Shown one piece after another: positions 38,520 to 52,300 of a stretch of 64,000 nucleotides of DNA. Position numbers and translations under genes: made by a program. Numbering within the stretch: the first letter of the stretch is position 1; the number at the start of each line of letters is the position of its first letter. Origin of the DNA: Macrostomum hystrix. Lineage: Eukaryota; Animalia; Platyhelminthes. A model generated the notes under the pieces. It saw nothing but the letters and a program-made list of their open reading frames with translations, was not told the DNA's origin and made no database searches. The stretch lies in assembly GCA_950097015.1 (NCBI GenBank), contig CATNEN010000032.1, positions 2,666,001 through 2,730,000 on the forward strand. The letters run 5' to 3'.

Positions 38520-41128
38520 TGTTATTCAGTCTTAATTTGACCATATTTGCAGGCCAAGCTGCGAGTTGAAATTAGCAAACAATAGCTTGATGCACCAAAA
38601 AGACCTCACAGTACTAATTTCTGCCGGATAATTAAGCAGGACAGGTGGTCATTGCGCATGCACAATGCGGCAGGGCTTAATAGACCTAAAATTATTATTT
38701 TGAAGACAAAGAACCTTGTTTCTCTTAAGAGTTATGATATGTGGCGCTAAAGTGCCACAAAAGCGATAGATCACAGTTTAGTTTTTCTGCGAAACGTTTT
38801 CCTGAGAATTGAAAATACACGCTTCTCGCATACATGAACATGAGACGGGGCCTTTTTATATTTTCTCGGTATAAAGTTGGATGCACTCGTTATAAAACTT
38901 ATATCGTCAATCGAGAACATCTACATTTTTCGCGAGATAATCGAGAGAGGACTAAACTAATTAAATCCATACATCATATAACTTATAAATTTATCTGCAG
39001 TAGACCACACCCCCTGTAATGAATTTGGAAAGACCGTTTTTGAACAGTCAGGAAAGCTAAAAATGCAATACATAAAAACATTTAAATGTAGACGAGAAAC
39101 GAGAAAAAATGTACCATTGTGCTACAATCCAGACACAACCTTATTATGAAACCGTACCTCATTATGTCTTTCTATTCATCCAAGCTCTCAAATTTCCCTG
39201 AAACATTAACTCAAAGTTAACCTTTTTGTCCAAACAGATTTCGTTAATTAATAATAGTCATTTGACACATTTCAAGTATTGGTAAAATAGAATATTGACA
39301 AGAATTTTACAAAAAACGTTTAACTCCTCGCTTATGGTTTGTCTCTTTAGATGCCATGAAACATTTTAAATGCATTTTGTGTTCCCGTAAAAGAATAGAG
39401 CCAAAGCGTTAACGTTTCGTAAGTAACGATCTTTTTCGAATTTAAAGTCAGCTTTGTGAAACTATTTTTATATATTTATTCTTACGCCAACTTTGTCAAG
39501 AATGCAATCTGTGTATTGAGTATTGAATCATTTTATGTCTCGCTATCTGTTCAACGAGTCTAGCTTGAACTCAAATGATACGTCTTGTTCTTCAATATGC
39601 AAATATTAAAATTACAAAAATGTGCAGTTAAACACGATGACTTCCCTACTTTTCTTTAGCTAACACTCTCGAATCTATAAGTATGACATTAGTTTGTGAC
39701 TAATATTTAGATTCTTTTAATTTGTAGCACTCATTTATAATCTTAGGAAGAGTATAATCTTTACTTATATGCAACAGTTTTACTATTACATATTATTGTA
39801 TTGGCTGTCTATCTTTATGTTCTTCATCTTCAATTTTAATTATTAGGCCTATTAAAGGCAGGCACTGTGCCAGGCAATTTACTTTTTGTCAATAATATCA
39901 TAGTTTATTGCATTTTTATATTGTGTCAGACTCCTCATACCAATGACCTTAAACTGAATGGTTTGAAGTTGGTATAACTTTATAAGGTTCAAATATAAGG
40001 TTGCAGAACCCTAATATTTGAATTCAATTGTGTGACAATGAAATTGCTGCAGAAATAGAGAAAGCACACTTTAAATAAGAATATCTCAAAAAGGCATTGA
40101 CTAATTTATGTGTCTGAGGTGTCCAAACAGGGACCTATGTCAAGCATTTGTAGCAGAGCAGCATCTGGTGAAATACTTGAGCCTTGCCATTAGTTGAGGC
40201 TGAATATTATTGTAGAGGCATCCACAAACCTATTGGGGCACACTTAAAATTTTTACAGCAAATCATTAGAGAAAGTTATCCCAAATTCTAAAAAACAGAC
40301 TCAAAGTGACATAAAATCTTGGCTCAATGTTTGTGTTTAAGTGTCAATTATTTAAATGACAGCTACTTAAATAAGATTGTGAATTTTTAACCTAGCTTCA
40401 AATTTTGGCAAGTAGCAAATATATACAGAGCTTATAGGCCTAGTCTACTTTATCGTTTTTTGGATTTTTTACCAATAGGTTATAAGCTTATTGTTTAGTC
40501 AAACAGTGTTAATAATTATGTTTATATCACTCAGTTGTAACTAAAATTTGCATTTAAAGCTACTAAAATAGACATATTGGTTGTGTGGTAGCATTGCAAT
40601 ATATATAGACTAAATACCTATATATACTTGCTATAACTAGCTAGGGCCCACTGGATGTACATTTAGCCTAAATTAGGCTAAAAACTAATTAAATATAATT
40701 GCTTTCTTAATTAAAAAATTAACAATATTACAATAATAGCTCAAATACTCAATGGAGAGATATACTACTTTTAAATAATTTATAAATGTAATTCACTTAG
40801 TTTTTTTCAGTTTTTGCACAATGGGTCTTCTAAAATAAGTTTTGTGAATTATACAAAACAGATAAAAATGTAAACATTGTTTAACATGTCGCAATCCTTG
40901 TAATCTGTAGCTAAATGATAATGTACAATGTACAATCCTCCATTTTTTATGTAATAGCTATATAGAATTAGATTTTTGCTTTCAAATTTCTGACTTACAA
41001 GCATGCTAATATTTCTACTATGAGTAGCAAGACTAGAAACAGCAGAATGTTTTCATTGCAAATCTTCAATCATTTTCAGCAGTATTACAATAGTGGCAAC
41101 TGCCACATCGATAACAGTGTTGACTGCC

Positions 41129-44105
41129 ATGATTTTCCAAAAGACCTCAGTTAATAACCGTTACTATGCCAGCCCCAGTCCTGGGGGCGTGGCGCCTGCC
41201 AAGTCAGCGGAACCGCCAGCTGGTGCTGGTCCAGTTGGCCCGCCAGCCACTGGCCTGCCCAAGCTTCTGTCATTGACTACTCAGTCTTCGTCCAGCATTA
41301 TTTCTGTGGCCGGAGGTGGCGGCGGCGGGAGCGGCGGCAACAGCGGCGCAGACAGTCAGGCGGGCGTCAGCGGCGGTGTTCGGCCAGCCGATTACATGCA
41401 CATCTCCTCGGCTGCTGTTGCTGGCAAGCCGCCTCAAAATACCGAAGAGATATTGCAGTTTCGCATTAGACCGTCTGTTACTATGCCAGGTAGGTGAAAT
41501 CTGCTGTATTAGCAGTAGAACTACCAAGGGGGAATTCCCGCTGACAATTTTTTTGTGCTGCACCAGAACGGAGCAACGCAGGTACACGAAACTAAAAAAC
41601 ACGGGCAAACATTTTTTGCGCATCTTCTGAAGCAAAAAAGAATCAGACCGTCGAGATATTCAATGTTTCTGTCCGAAGGTTGGATTTGTTCCAAAAGAGC
41701 TTATTAATTTTATACTTCAAAATTGATCAGCATGTCACCGAATAGGCCTGCATCATCTCCGTCTTCGGTGGTCACCTACCTTTATCTAGACGGACTGCTG
41801 GACCTTCAAGGGCTACAACAGGCGGAACTAGGCCACTATGGACACCCTGACGCGAATTTCTCCTATTTCACTGATGAATATTGGGTGCAGCTCAACCTCA
41901 GGACCCCATCGCCTAGTCTGTTAACCAGTCAGTCACCACCCAACGCTTTAACATTCGGGCGCTGCCAAAAAATGTCGGGGGGATTTCGTATAAAAACGGG
42001 CGGCAAAATGGCTCGGTAGTTCTATTTTTAATCATTTTTAGCATTGTTTTTCAGACTCACTTAGTAGGTAACGAGACTTAATAGCAGACATTTCGAGAGA
42101 ATTTCAACTCCACATCCGATTTTCCTCCCACAGCTCCAGATCCGCTGACTCATCAGAGCCAGTCTGGCAAGTCAGCGACTTCAGCGGCCGCCGCAGCTGG
42201 CCACGGCGGACTCCGGCACGGACCGTCGATATTGCGCAAGCGTGGCAAAGAGCTGGCTCAGCAGGCCAACAATGCGGCTGCTGGCGGCTCTGCTGGACGA
42301 TCCGCAGCTCCGGGTGATCCGGCAGCCTGTGGAGGCCTGAACTGCAACAGCGGCGCCTCCGATGCCAGCCCCAGGAAGCGGGCTAGAAAGCAGCAATTGC
42401 AGCCGGACTCTGCTTCACAGTTGCTAGCTGCCGCCGCCGCCGCCGCCGCTGCTTCCTTTGGAACAGTCGAATCAGCGGCGACCCTATCGTTGACCAATCA
42501 GCACCATTCGGCTAGTCATCATCATCCGCAGCCGCCACCTGGCGATCCAGGCGGAGTTGTCGGCGGGGGCTGCAATGCGGTCTCTCCTGCCGGACATGCT
42601 AGCATCCGGCCTACCGCCTTGCGGCCTTCACTAACGCCTCCGCTGTCAGTTACTCCCTTAGCGACGCGGCATCTTCATCAGCATCATCCACCGCCTGTGT
42701 CAATGCAGCATCAGCACCAACACGCAGGCGCTATTCGCCTAATTAAAGAGGACCCATCCGAGCTAGTCGTGGCCGACACCGACTTGGCCCTGGGCTCCCA
42801 TGAGAATGTTGGCCCTGACTCGCCAACCTGCAGTCCGGAGGATGAGCAGTACAGACGCATGCTGCGGGTGCTGGAGGAGGAGCCTTACAGGCCGCAGGTA
42901 AGATTTCTAATCTACTAATTATCCCTAATCCCTAGGGTTTGCTTATCCCTAATCCACCGGGTTTTGCCTAGCCCTAATCCACTGGGTTTTGCCTATCCCT
43001 AATCCACTGGGTCTTGCCTAGCCCTAATCCACTGGGTTTGCCTATCCCTAATCCACTGGGTTTTGCCTATCCCTAATCCACAGGGTTTTGCCTATCCCTA
43101 ATCCACTGGGTTTTGCCTATCCCTAATCCACTGGGTTTGCCTATCCCTAATCTCCCTATTGTGCAGGTGTACAGCCGGCCCCGCGCCTGCCTCCTTTCGC
43201 CGGAGCAGTTGTGCCCGACTGCGCCAGAGCGTGGCAGGGCCCGACTCGGCCACTTTCTAAGGCCTGCCGACGTGCGCCGCGTCGAACCGGTGAAGCGCGC
43301 CGGCCCGATTGAACTGGGCCGATCGGCGCGCGGCCTCGCTAGTGGCCGGCGGGTCTGCGGTTTGGCCGACGGCCTCGACGATCTGCGACGATCGGAGGAG
43401 CGACTGGCGACTAGGCTGCTAGCGGTGTCCAGGTGAGACCTAAGGGGTTGAAGATCCGGCATCTCGGCTTAAATCTTAGCTTAAATATCCCCAAATAAGC
43501 ATCTCAAAATCCCAATCTTCAGAATGTCCCAAGCTTCACAATATCCCAAGCTTCACAATATCCCAAGCTTCACAATATTCCAATCTTCACAAGATACCAA
43601 TCTTCACAAACTCTCAAGTTTCACAAATCCCAAGATTCACATACCCTCAAGCTTCACAATATCAAAGCCTGACAGTCTTATATGCTCGACTCATCGTTGA
43701 AGTAAAATCATTTCTAACAGACGTCTAGCAACATCGGGCACCTCAGCGGCTGGCTGCGCTGCCGCCATCGCTCTGACTCCTGCTAGCTCGCCAGGCCTTG
43801 GTCCCAAGCTGCAGCAGTCAGCTCAGCCCAGTCGTGTCCTGGCGGAACTCCTGACTAGAACCCGGACTATGCTGCTAGACTTGCTGTCCTGCCACGCCCC
43901 TTCGGCTTTTGCTGCTATGCGAGCGGCTCTGGCAGCCGCTGCGGCAGCTTCGTCCTCTTCGTTAGCCGACGATGACGAACTAGTTCTTCATCCTCCGGCA
44001 GCAGCGTCTTCGGCCTTGGCGCTAAATTTAAATTCGACTTGTTCCAGTAGGAGACAGCGGCGAAGAACAACTTCCTTTGGGCTGGAGGCCAGCGATGCCA
44101 GTTAG
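41129..44105 (+). CDS. SAP130: SAP130-like Sin3A/HDAC complex subunit, 4 exons, ~591 aa (start uncertain)
   Basis: Exons 41129-41489, 42134-42897, 43167-43432, 43721-44105 in continuous frame. SPRKRARKQQ and RPRACLL...RARLGHFLRPADVR...ASGRRVCGLADGLDDLRRSEERL align by eye to the SAP130 C-terminal domain (SPRKKPRKQQ; HHFQRYSDVR; AQGWKV). Confidence 0.75.
42918..43150. repeat. 25-bp minisatellite filling SAP130 intron 2
   Basis: (CCTAATCCACTGGGTTTTGCCTATC)n. Confidence 0.95.
43500..43670. repeat. Degenerate 17-bp repeat in SAP130 intron 3
   Basis: CCCAAGCTTCACAATAT-like units. Confidence 0.75.
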
Positions 44106-44779
44106 CGCGTGAGTCCTCGCCTTTCCTCTGCAGATTACTCATAGTAGGTACACAATTTGAGCTTTACAGTTGCGACTTTCCTTTCAGATCCTAGGATAAT
44201 AAGCATCCTAGGCAACCGTCAGCTAATTGTGCTATCAGCAGTAGACCATCGTGCAGAAGCAGACTTCAAGAAAAATTTGTTATGTGCAAAAATGACCTGG
44301 CCTTACATGTGTAACTATTAAATATAACTATGCGCTATATGCATTATATTTGTTTGTTTGTTCCGATAAGTTCCACAGCAACCGTCCCTGATGATTTTCA
44401 TGGCACCCAACCCGCCCCACCACTCACGCATGTCAGTTAGTGCTTAATTTTGCTTAAAACACATCTTACTAATGTTTTGCTTTATGTGGAATCAATATTG
44501 CTGAACCTTATTTTGCTTTCTTCAAGCTTGTTCAATTTGTTTTTTGTTTCTTTTTTTGTTAGAAAATTAGTTATTTACACTTTTAAATTAGTATTTGCTA
44601 AAGATTTTTAACCTAAACTAGAATTTTATACCAAACAATTGGCTAGTTGTAAATTATTCTCGACTTGAATGCATAATCACTTGTTCGCTGCATCACAGTT
44701 TATATTATGTTGCTGTATTAACTTGATAATCATTGCTGCTTCTTGTCTGCTTTCCCTCGACAACAACTGGCGAATCATA

Positions 44780-45245
44780 TCCCTATCCCATTACTCTCGC
44801 CTTATCCCATATCCCTGGCCCAAATTTCCTTCATTTCTCTCGCCCCATCACATTTCCCTCGCCCATCCCATATCCCTCGCCCTATCCTATATCCCTCGCC
44901 CTATCCTATATCCCTCGCCTATCCTATATCCCTCGCCCTATCCTATATCCCTCGCCCTATCCCATATCCCTCGCCCTATCCTATATCCCTCGCCCTATCC
45001 TATATCCCTCGCCCTATCCCATATCCCTCGCCCTATCCTATATCCCTCGCCCTATCCCATATCCCTCGCTCTATCCCATATCCCCCGCCCTATCCTATAT
45101 CCCTCGCCCTATCCCATATCCCTCGCCCTATCCTATATCCCTCGCCCTATCCCATATCCCTCGCCCTATCCCATATCCCTCGCCCTATCCTATATCCCTC
45201 GCCCTATCCCATATCCCTCGCCCTATCCTATATCCCTCGCCCCCG
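44780..45245. repeat. 19-bp pyrimidine-rich minisatellite
   Basis: (ATCCCTCGCCCTATCCYAT)n. Confidence 0.95.
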
Positions 45246-46369
45246 TCTCTTCAATAATTTAATAGTGATTATCAGCACTAATTTGAATTGCACTTGTCTA
45301 ATCAGGGACCGCCATGATTTCTATACCTCTTAGACAACAACGCTAGTGAGTGCTTGTCAAACACAATTCGATAGCCCTCTTGATCCTCACGATGGAATGG
45401 GGAGTTATCTAGATCTATGTTGCCGGACTATCTGGTACGGATATTTAATTTTGAATTGCATATATTCAGTCATTCGCAAGTCTCTTCTCCTATCTATTTA
45501 TCATAGAGGTGTTGGCAGTCTCTTAGTTATCTTTAGCTATGCTTCAAGCTAAAGTACATGCTCAATTCTAAGCTTATGATAGAAAAGCATTGTTCCAATG
45601 GCGACCCTATTTCTCTAACAAATCTACGTTAAAGTATTTAAAGTAACCTACGTGCTAGATGGTTTTAATAAATTTTATCCCATAATTTGTGCATATAATA
45701 GCAATGAAAATTCATTGATTCTGCATTAAAAATTCTGTAGAAGCAAAAACTCCCTGACTACCTGACTATTGAAAGGTGAACAATTTAATTTCTTGTCTCT
45801 TACCTATTGAACTGGAAATTTCTGAAATCCCAAAGTTTTAGAATTCATCCAATTTGAAATTCCTTAAATTGCATCAATTTTAGGCACTACTAACCTCATT
45901 TTCAGCCGAATTAATTGTCTGATCGCAAAATACACGAGGGCAGCTCATGTTAATTATGTTTGTTTTTTTGTATTTATTTTGTTCTCATCAGAGCCAAAAC
46001 ACTCAGCTATCCCATCTCATCAATAATATGCTTGCTGATTGACTTTGTAATGTTTTGTTCCTTCCGACCCAACACTCTTCTGTCTCCTGTCTGGCTATTT
46101 GGTTTTCTGTCTTGAATAATAAAAGCAAATAAAGTTATTTAAGCCTATCCGAACACCATGTAATTTCATTGTACATTGCGTTTGTCCTTTTAGCAAATTC
46201 ACATCCAACTGAAAACAATTTCACGAGCATTTGCTTTTTTGGACTCCATTTATTTTTTATCGCGAACTAAGTTTTAGCTGGAGCTTGTAGGATAAAAATA
46301 TTGATTGAACCGTTTGGTAGACATGGGGGATTTGTTACCTGCCAACCGTAGCTAATATTCACCATTTTT

Positions 46370-49300
46370 ATGATGAGTTCCCCAACTATTGCAGCTCATC
46401 GAACTGTCAAACAAATGAGCTCTCTATGCCTGAACTTGGAGTATGAGCTGCAGATTATCGACCAGCTGATCGCTAATCTGAATGTTGAAAAGGTGAGTTC
46501 GAAGTTTGACTCACAATCCAGAATCCGGAACTACGAATCAAGAATCCGGGACTACAAATCCTGAATCTGGGAGTGGGACTACAAATCCAGAATCTGGGAC
46601 TACTTATCCTGAATCCCGGACTACTAATCCAGAATCTGGGACTACTTATCCTGAATCTGGGACTACTTATCCTGAATCTGGGACTACTAATCCAGAATCT
46701 GGAACTACAAATCCTGAATCTGGGACTACTTATCCTGAATCTGGGACTACTTATCCTGTATCCGGGACTACGAATCAAGAATCTGGGACTGCAAATCCAG
46801 AATCTGGGACTACTTATCCTGAATCCGGGACTACTAATCCAGAATCTGGGACTACTTATCCTGAATCCGGGACTACTAATCCAGAATCTGGAACTACAAA
46901 TCCTGAATCTGGGACTACTTATCCTGAATCTGGGACTACTTATCCTGTATCCGGGACTACGAATCAAGAATCTGGGACTGCAAATCCAGAATCTGGGACT
47001 ACTTATCCTGAATCCGGGACTACTAATCCAGAATCTGGGACTACAAATCCTGAATCTGGGACTACTTATCCTGAATCCGGGACTACTTATCCAGAATCTG
47101 GGACTACTTATCCTGAATCTGGGACTACTTATCCTGTATCCGGGACTACGAATCAAGAATCCGGGACTACAAATCCTGAATCTGGGACTACAAATCCTGA
47201 ATCTGGGACTACTTATCCTGAATCTGGGACTACTAATCCAGAATCCGGGACTACAAATCCTGAATCTGGGACTACAAATCCTGAATCTGGGACTACAAAT
47301 CCTGAATCCGGGACTACTAATCCTGAATCTGGGACTACTAATCCAGGGCTATTAATCCAGAATCCGTGGCTACTAATCCAGAATCCAGGGCTACTAATCC
47401 AGAATCCAGGCTACTAATCCAAAATCCATGGCTACTAATCCAGAATCCGTGGCTACTAATCCAGAATCCAAGGCTACTAATCCAGAATCCATGGCTACTT
47501 ATCCAGAATCCGTGGCTACTAATCCAGAATCCAGGGCTACTCTCAGAATCCAGGGCTACTAATCCAGAATCCGTTGCTACTTATCCAGAATCCATGGCTA
47601 CTAATCCAGAATCCAGGCTACTAATCCAGAATCCAGGCTACTAATCCAGAATCCAGGGCTACTAATCCAGAATCCATGGCTACTAATCCAGAATCCGTGG
47701 CTACTAATCCAGGATCCATGGCTACTTATCCCGAATCCATGGCTACTAATCCAGAATCCATGGCTACTAATTCAGAATCCGTGGCTACTAATCCAGAATC
47801 CGTGGCTACTAATCCAGAATCCAGGGCTACTAATCCAGAATCCGTGGCTACTTATCCAGAATCCGTGGCTACTAATCCAGAATCCGTGGCTACTAATCCA
47901 GAATCCGTGGCTACTAATCCAGAAATCAGGGCTACTAATCCAGAATCCATGGCTACTAATCCAGAATCCAGGGCTACTAATCCAGAATCCGTGGCTACTT
48001 ATCCAGAATCCATGGCTACTAATCCAGAATCCAGGGCTACTAATCCAGAATCCGTTGCTACTTATCCAGAATCCGTGGCTACTAATCCAGAATCCGTGGC
48101 TACTAATCCAGAATCCGTGGCTACTTATCCAGAATCCATGGCTACTAATCCAGAATCCAGGGCTACTAATCCAGAATCCGTGGCTACTTATCCAGAATCC
48201 GTGGCTACTAATCCAGAATCCATGGCTACTAATCCAGAATCCTTGGCTACTTATCCAGAATCCATGGCTACTAATCCAGAATCCAGGGCTACTAATCCAG
48301 AATCCGTGGCTACTTATCCAGAATCCATGGCTACTAATCCAGAATCCAGGGCTACTAATCCAGAATCCATGGCTACTAATCCAGAATCCATGGCTACTAA
48401 TCCAGAATCCAGGGCTACTAATCCAGAATCCGTGGCTACTTATCCAGAATCCGTGGCTACTAATCCCGAATCCATGGCTACTAATCCAAAATCCATGACT
48501 ACTAATCCAGAATCCGTGGCTACTAATCCAGAATCCGTGGCAAATTATCCAGAATCCATGGCTACTTATCCAGAATCCGTGGCTACTAATCCAGAATCCG
48601 TGGCAAATTATCCAGAATCCATGGCTACTTATCCAGAATCCGTGGCTACTAATCCAGAATCCGTGGCAAATTATCCAGAATCCATGGCTACTAATCCGAA
48701 ATCCGTGGCTACTAATCCAGAATCTAGGGCTACTAATCCAGAATCCAGGGCTACTAATCCAGAATCCATGGCTACTAATCCAGAATCCGTTGCTACTTAT
48801 CCAGAATCCGTGGCTACTAATCCAGAATCCATGGCTACTAATCCAGAATCCGTGGCTACTAATCCAGAATCCGTGGCTACTTATCCAGAATCCGTGGCTA
48901 CTAATCCAGAATCCAGGGCTACTAATCCAGAATCCGTGGCTACTTATCCAGAATCCGTGGCTACTAATCCAAAATCCATGACTACTAATCCAGAATCCGT
49001 GGCTACTAATCCAGAATCCGTGGCAAATTATCCAGAATCCATGGCTACTAATCCGAAATCCGTGGCTACTTATCCAGAATCCGTGGCTACTAATCCAAAA
49101 TCCATGACTACTAATCCAGAATCTAGGGCTACTAATCCAGAATCCAGGGCTACTAATCCAGAATCCAGGGCTACTAATCCAGAATCCGTTGCTACTTATC
49201 CAGAATCCATGGCTACTAATCCAGAATCCAGGGCTACTAATCCAGAATCCGTGGCTACTTATCCAGAATCCGTGGCTACTTATCCAGAATCCAGGGCTAC

Positions 49301-52300
49301 TAATCCAGAATCCAGGGCTACTAATCCAGAATCCGTGGCTACTTATCCAGAATCCGTGGCTACTAATCCAAAATCCATGACTACTAATCCAGAATCCGTG
49401 GCTACTAATCCAGAATCCGTGGCAAATTATCCAGAATCCATGGCTACTAATCCGAAATCCGTGGCTACTAATCCAGAATCCATGGCTACTAATCCGAAAT
49501 CCGTGGCTACTAATCCAGAATCTAGGACTCCCAGTCCAGTCGTATTGTAAGTCAGGCCTGGCATTTTTAGAATCCGGTTCAGAACACAGACTGGCACTCG
49601 CAGATGAATGGTACCGGGCTGTTGCAATTGAAATCATCGATTCCATTTTTGAAGCTGCTGTGAATCATCGTACAGGCCTGTCTTGGGAATCCACCGTCCG
49701 GCTGTCCTTGACTAGAATCCCAGACCACTTTGTTGATGCTGGTATTGCAGGTTAGCCACTTCCAGCCGTCAGATTTCAACGCAAATTTAGCAGTTTGATT
49801 TCCACCAAGCAGGAAATCGAGTGTAGAAGATTCTTTAGAAATCTGGCTACAGAGAAGCAGCAAGTAGTTAACTTCGTCTGCTTCGATTGTGTCCGATAGT
49901 TTAGTTAGTCCAGGGTTTGAGCTGCAGTCCTGATTCGCTGCGTCCCACATCAGTCGCCTGTCAGTCACTAGCTTGTATGAGGTGCCGTACCTGGTGTGCT
50001 GGTATCCAGGTGGACACAGACGACCCGGAGGCACTCCAGGCAGAGACCTCACGTACACAGTGACCTGATTGGTGCAGTTCGGCTCAGACTGCACTCGGTG
50101 ACTGCACGCATCGAACAGGAACAGCTTGCACTCACAGGAGCTGCTTGACAGCAGCCTGAAGGCCTGGCAGTTGGCGGTGGCGGCGCATCGAATGCTGCAG
50201 TCCAGCGGTGTACACAGACCCCGGATATTGTTGATGAAGCTGGAGTTCACGCAGTCTGCACCGGTTGTCTTGTGGAATCTGACCGCGCTGTTCGATTGGC
50301 AAAACTGTGCTAGTGTGAATGTAGACACTAGCCACAGAGTCCTTAGCAACAGTGCCAGAGTGTCAGTTCTCATGTCAGCTATTAGGGAATGATAGAATTT
50401 CGTGAGGATGGTTTAATCAGAAGTCATTTTATAGATACGTGTAATGATTGGCACGTGTTTATTGAAGTTTAGAAAGAATTTTTCCCTTCGCTTATCAACG
50501 GAAATGCATATTTATGCTGTGCCATTACTCTTATTTGGCAATAAGTGCTGCAGTAATTGGTGAAAAATGCACCTAACACTTGGCCGGAACACCTGGTGAC
50601 ACTGCTAATGTGTTTGCCCCATTAATAGTTTTAAATTCAAATTTAAGTAATTGCCAAATGTGTCGGTTATAATAGAGTAGTTTCAAGTCTGTACAGAATT
50701 TTTCGAGAAATTGACAGATATATAAAAAATCCCCATATCTATAGTGTGATAATAATTCCGAAAACTCAAATCCCGAGTGGGATAGGAAAATCAATGCTCA
50801 AATCCCTAGTTAAATAATGAATCTAATCCTCATCTCCCCAGCGGGATTATCAATCCAATCCTCATCTCCCCAGTGGGATAATCAATCCAATATTCATCTC
50901 CCCAGTGGGATTATCAATCCAATATTCATCTCCCCAGCGGGATAATCAATCTAATCCTCATCTCCCCAGTTGGATAATAAATTCAATCCCCAATCCCCAG
51001 CAGGATAATCAATTGAATACCCAAAACCCCAGTGGGATAATCAATTCAATACCCAAATCCCCAGCAGGATAATCAATTGAATACCCAAAACCCCAGTGGG
51101 ATAATCAATTCAATACCCAAATCCCCAGTGGGATAATCAATTCAATCCTCATCTCCCCAGTGGGATAATCATTCGAAGTACCCACAGTTAGGGTTGATCC
51201 AGCAAACTGAAAAAGTGAATCGCCAAATCTGAGTTCCCATTCCTCTCTAGCAGGCGGACGAACTCGACAGCGGCCTGTCCGAGCTGATCTCAGCGGAAGT
51301 CGCATCGCCGCTTCGACTGCTGCTGGCCGCCGCGCTGCGGGAAGCGTCCGCCGTTGCCCGCAGCTCCGCGGCTGCTGCAAAAACTGCGGCCGCGGTGCAG
51401 GTGAGGCTGCTGTGCTGGGCTGCGGACTGTGCAACAGCCTTTCAGGTGATAAAGCGTCAGAGAAGTCGATTTTGTTTCTAAATATCCAAATATTTCCAAC
51501 TGATAGTATACGTTTTTTGCCCTTAATCCGCCCACCCACCCCCTTCCGCTTTCGGATCAGTTTCTTTCGGTTCTGCCGCCGACTCGGCGCCGCGTCCGAT
51601 TTCGCGAGCTGCTGCAGTTCTGCCTGGACAGAGACAATTCTCTGCCGGCTCTGCGCCTCCTGGACGGTCTCTGGCGGCTGGCGGCGCCGGCGTTTTCAAC
51701 GGAATCGGCATCAGTGGCTGACCTGGTTGTCGGGCCGCTGGCTCTGGAGGCGGCGCTGCGCTTTGGGGGCGTCCTCCCAGCCCGCTGGGGCCGCCCGGCC
51801 GTTGAAGCCGTCGTCCGTGCCCACCTGCTGGTGTTTGCGCGCCTTCCCGACCCCTCATCCGCCCGAGCTTCCGCCCCCTCATCCGCCCTAGCTTCCGCCC
51901 CCTCATCCGCCCCAGCTTCCGCTCCCTCATCCGCCCCAGCTTCCGCTCCCTCATCTGCCCCAGCTTCCGCCCTAGCTTCCGCCCCCTCATCCGCCCCAGC
52001 ATCCGCCCCTTCATCCGCCCCAGCTTCCGCCCCTAGCGGCTTACTTGGCGTCTGTAAAGCTGCTGAACGGCTACTCGGAGCGCCGCGGCCGCCGAAGCCT
52101 CTGGCCTCGCTATCCGATGACGTCTCGGCCTTCCTGGTACGCCAGTTTCTCCACCTTGACTGACGGCGATCAGGAGGATCCGGCCGTCTGGATCGAGTCG
52201 GCCATGTCGACGGTAGACTTGGCCGAACTGCTGCCGCTGACTGAAGGCGTTGCTGGCCTGCAGTCGTTGCTGAAGTCGATGACGACGTCTTTGCCTGCGG

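Noticed and set aside
46370-46434. ATGATGA...CTGA as another C/D snoRNA
   Set aside because: No recognisable rRNA or snRNA complement, and the same bases read as a coding exon ending in a perfect donor.
47676-49646. 624-aa ORFs on both strands, and the other long repetitive ORFs in the track (3795-4460, 11534-12376, 44669-45333, 56513-57031, 62311-62955)
   Set aside because: They are stop-free readings of tandem units, open in several frames at once, broken by indels, and located in introns, UTRs or MITE interiors.
51248-51260. Leader-supplied start (MADELDSG) for the 980-aa gene
   Set aside because: A phase-compatible upstream exon with its own ATG and a consensus donor (46370-46492) explains the acceptor without trans-splicing; kept only as an alternative.
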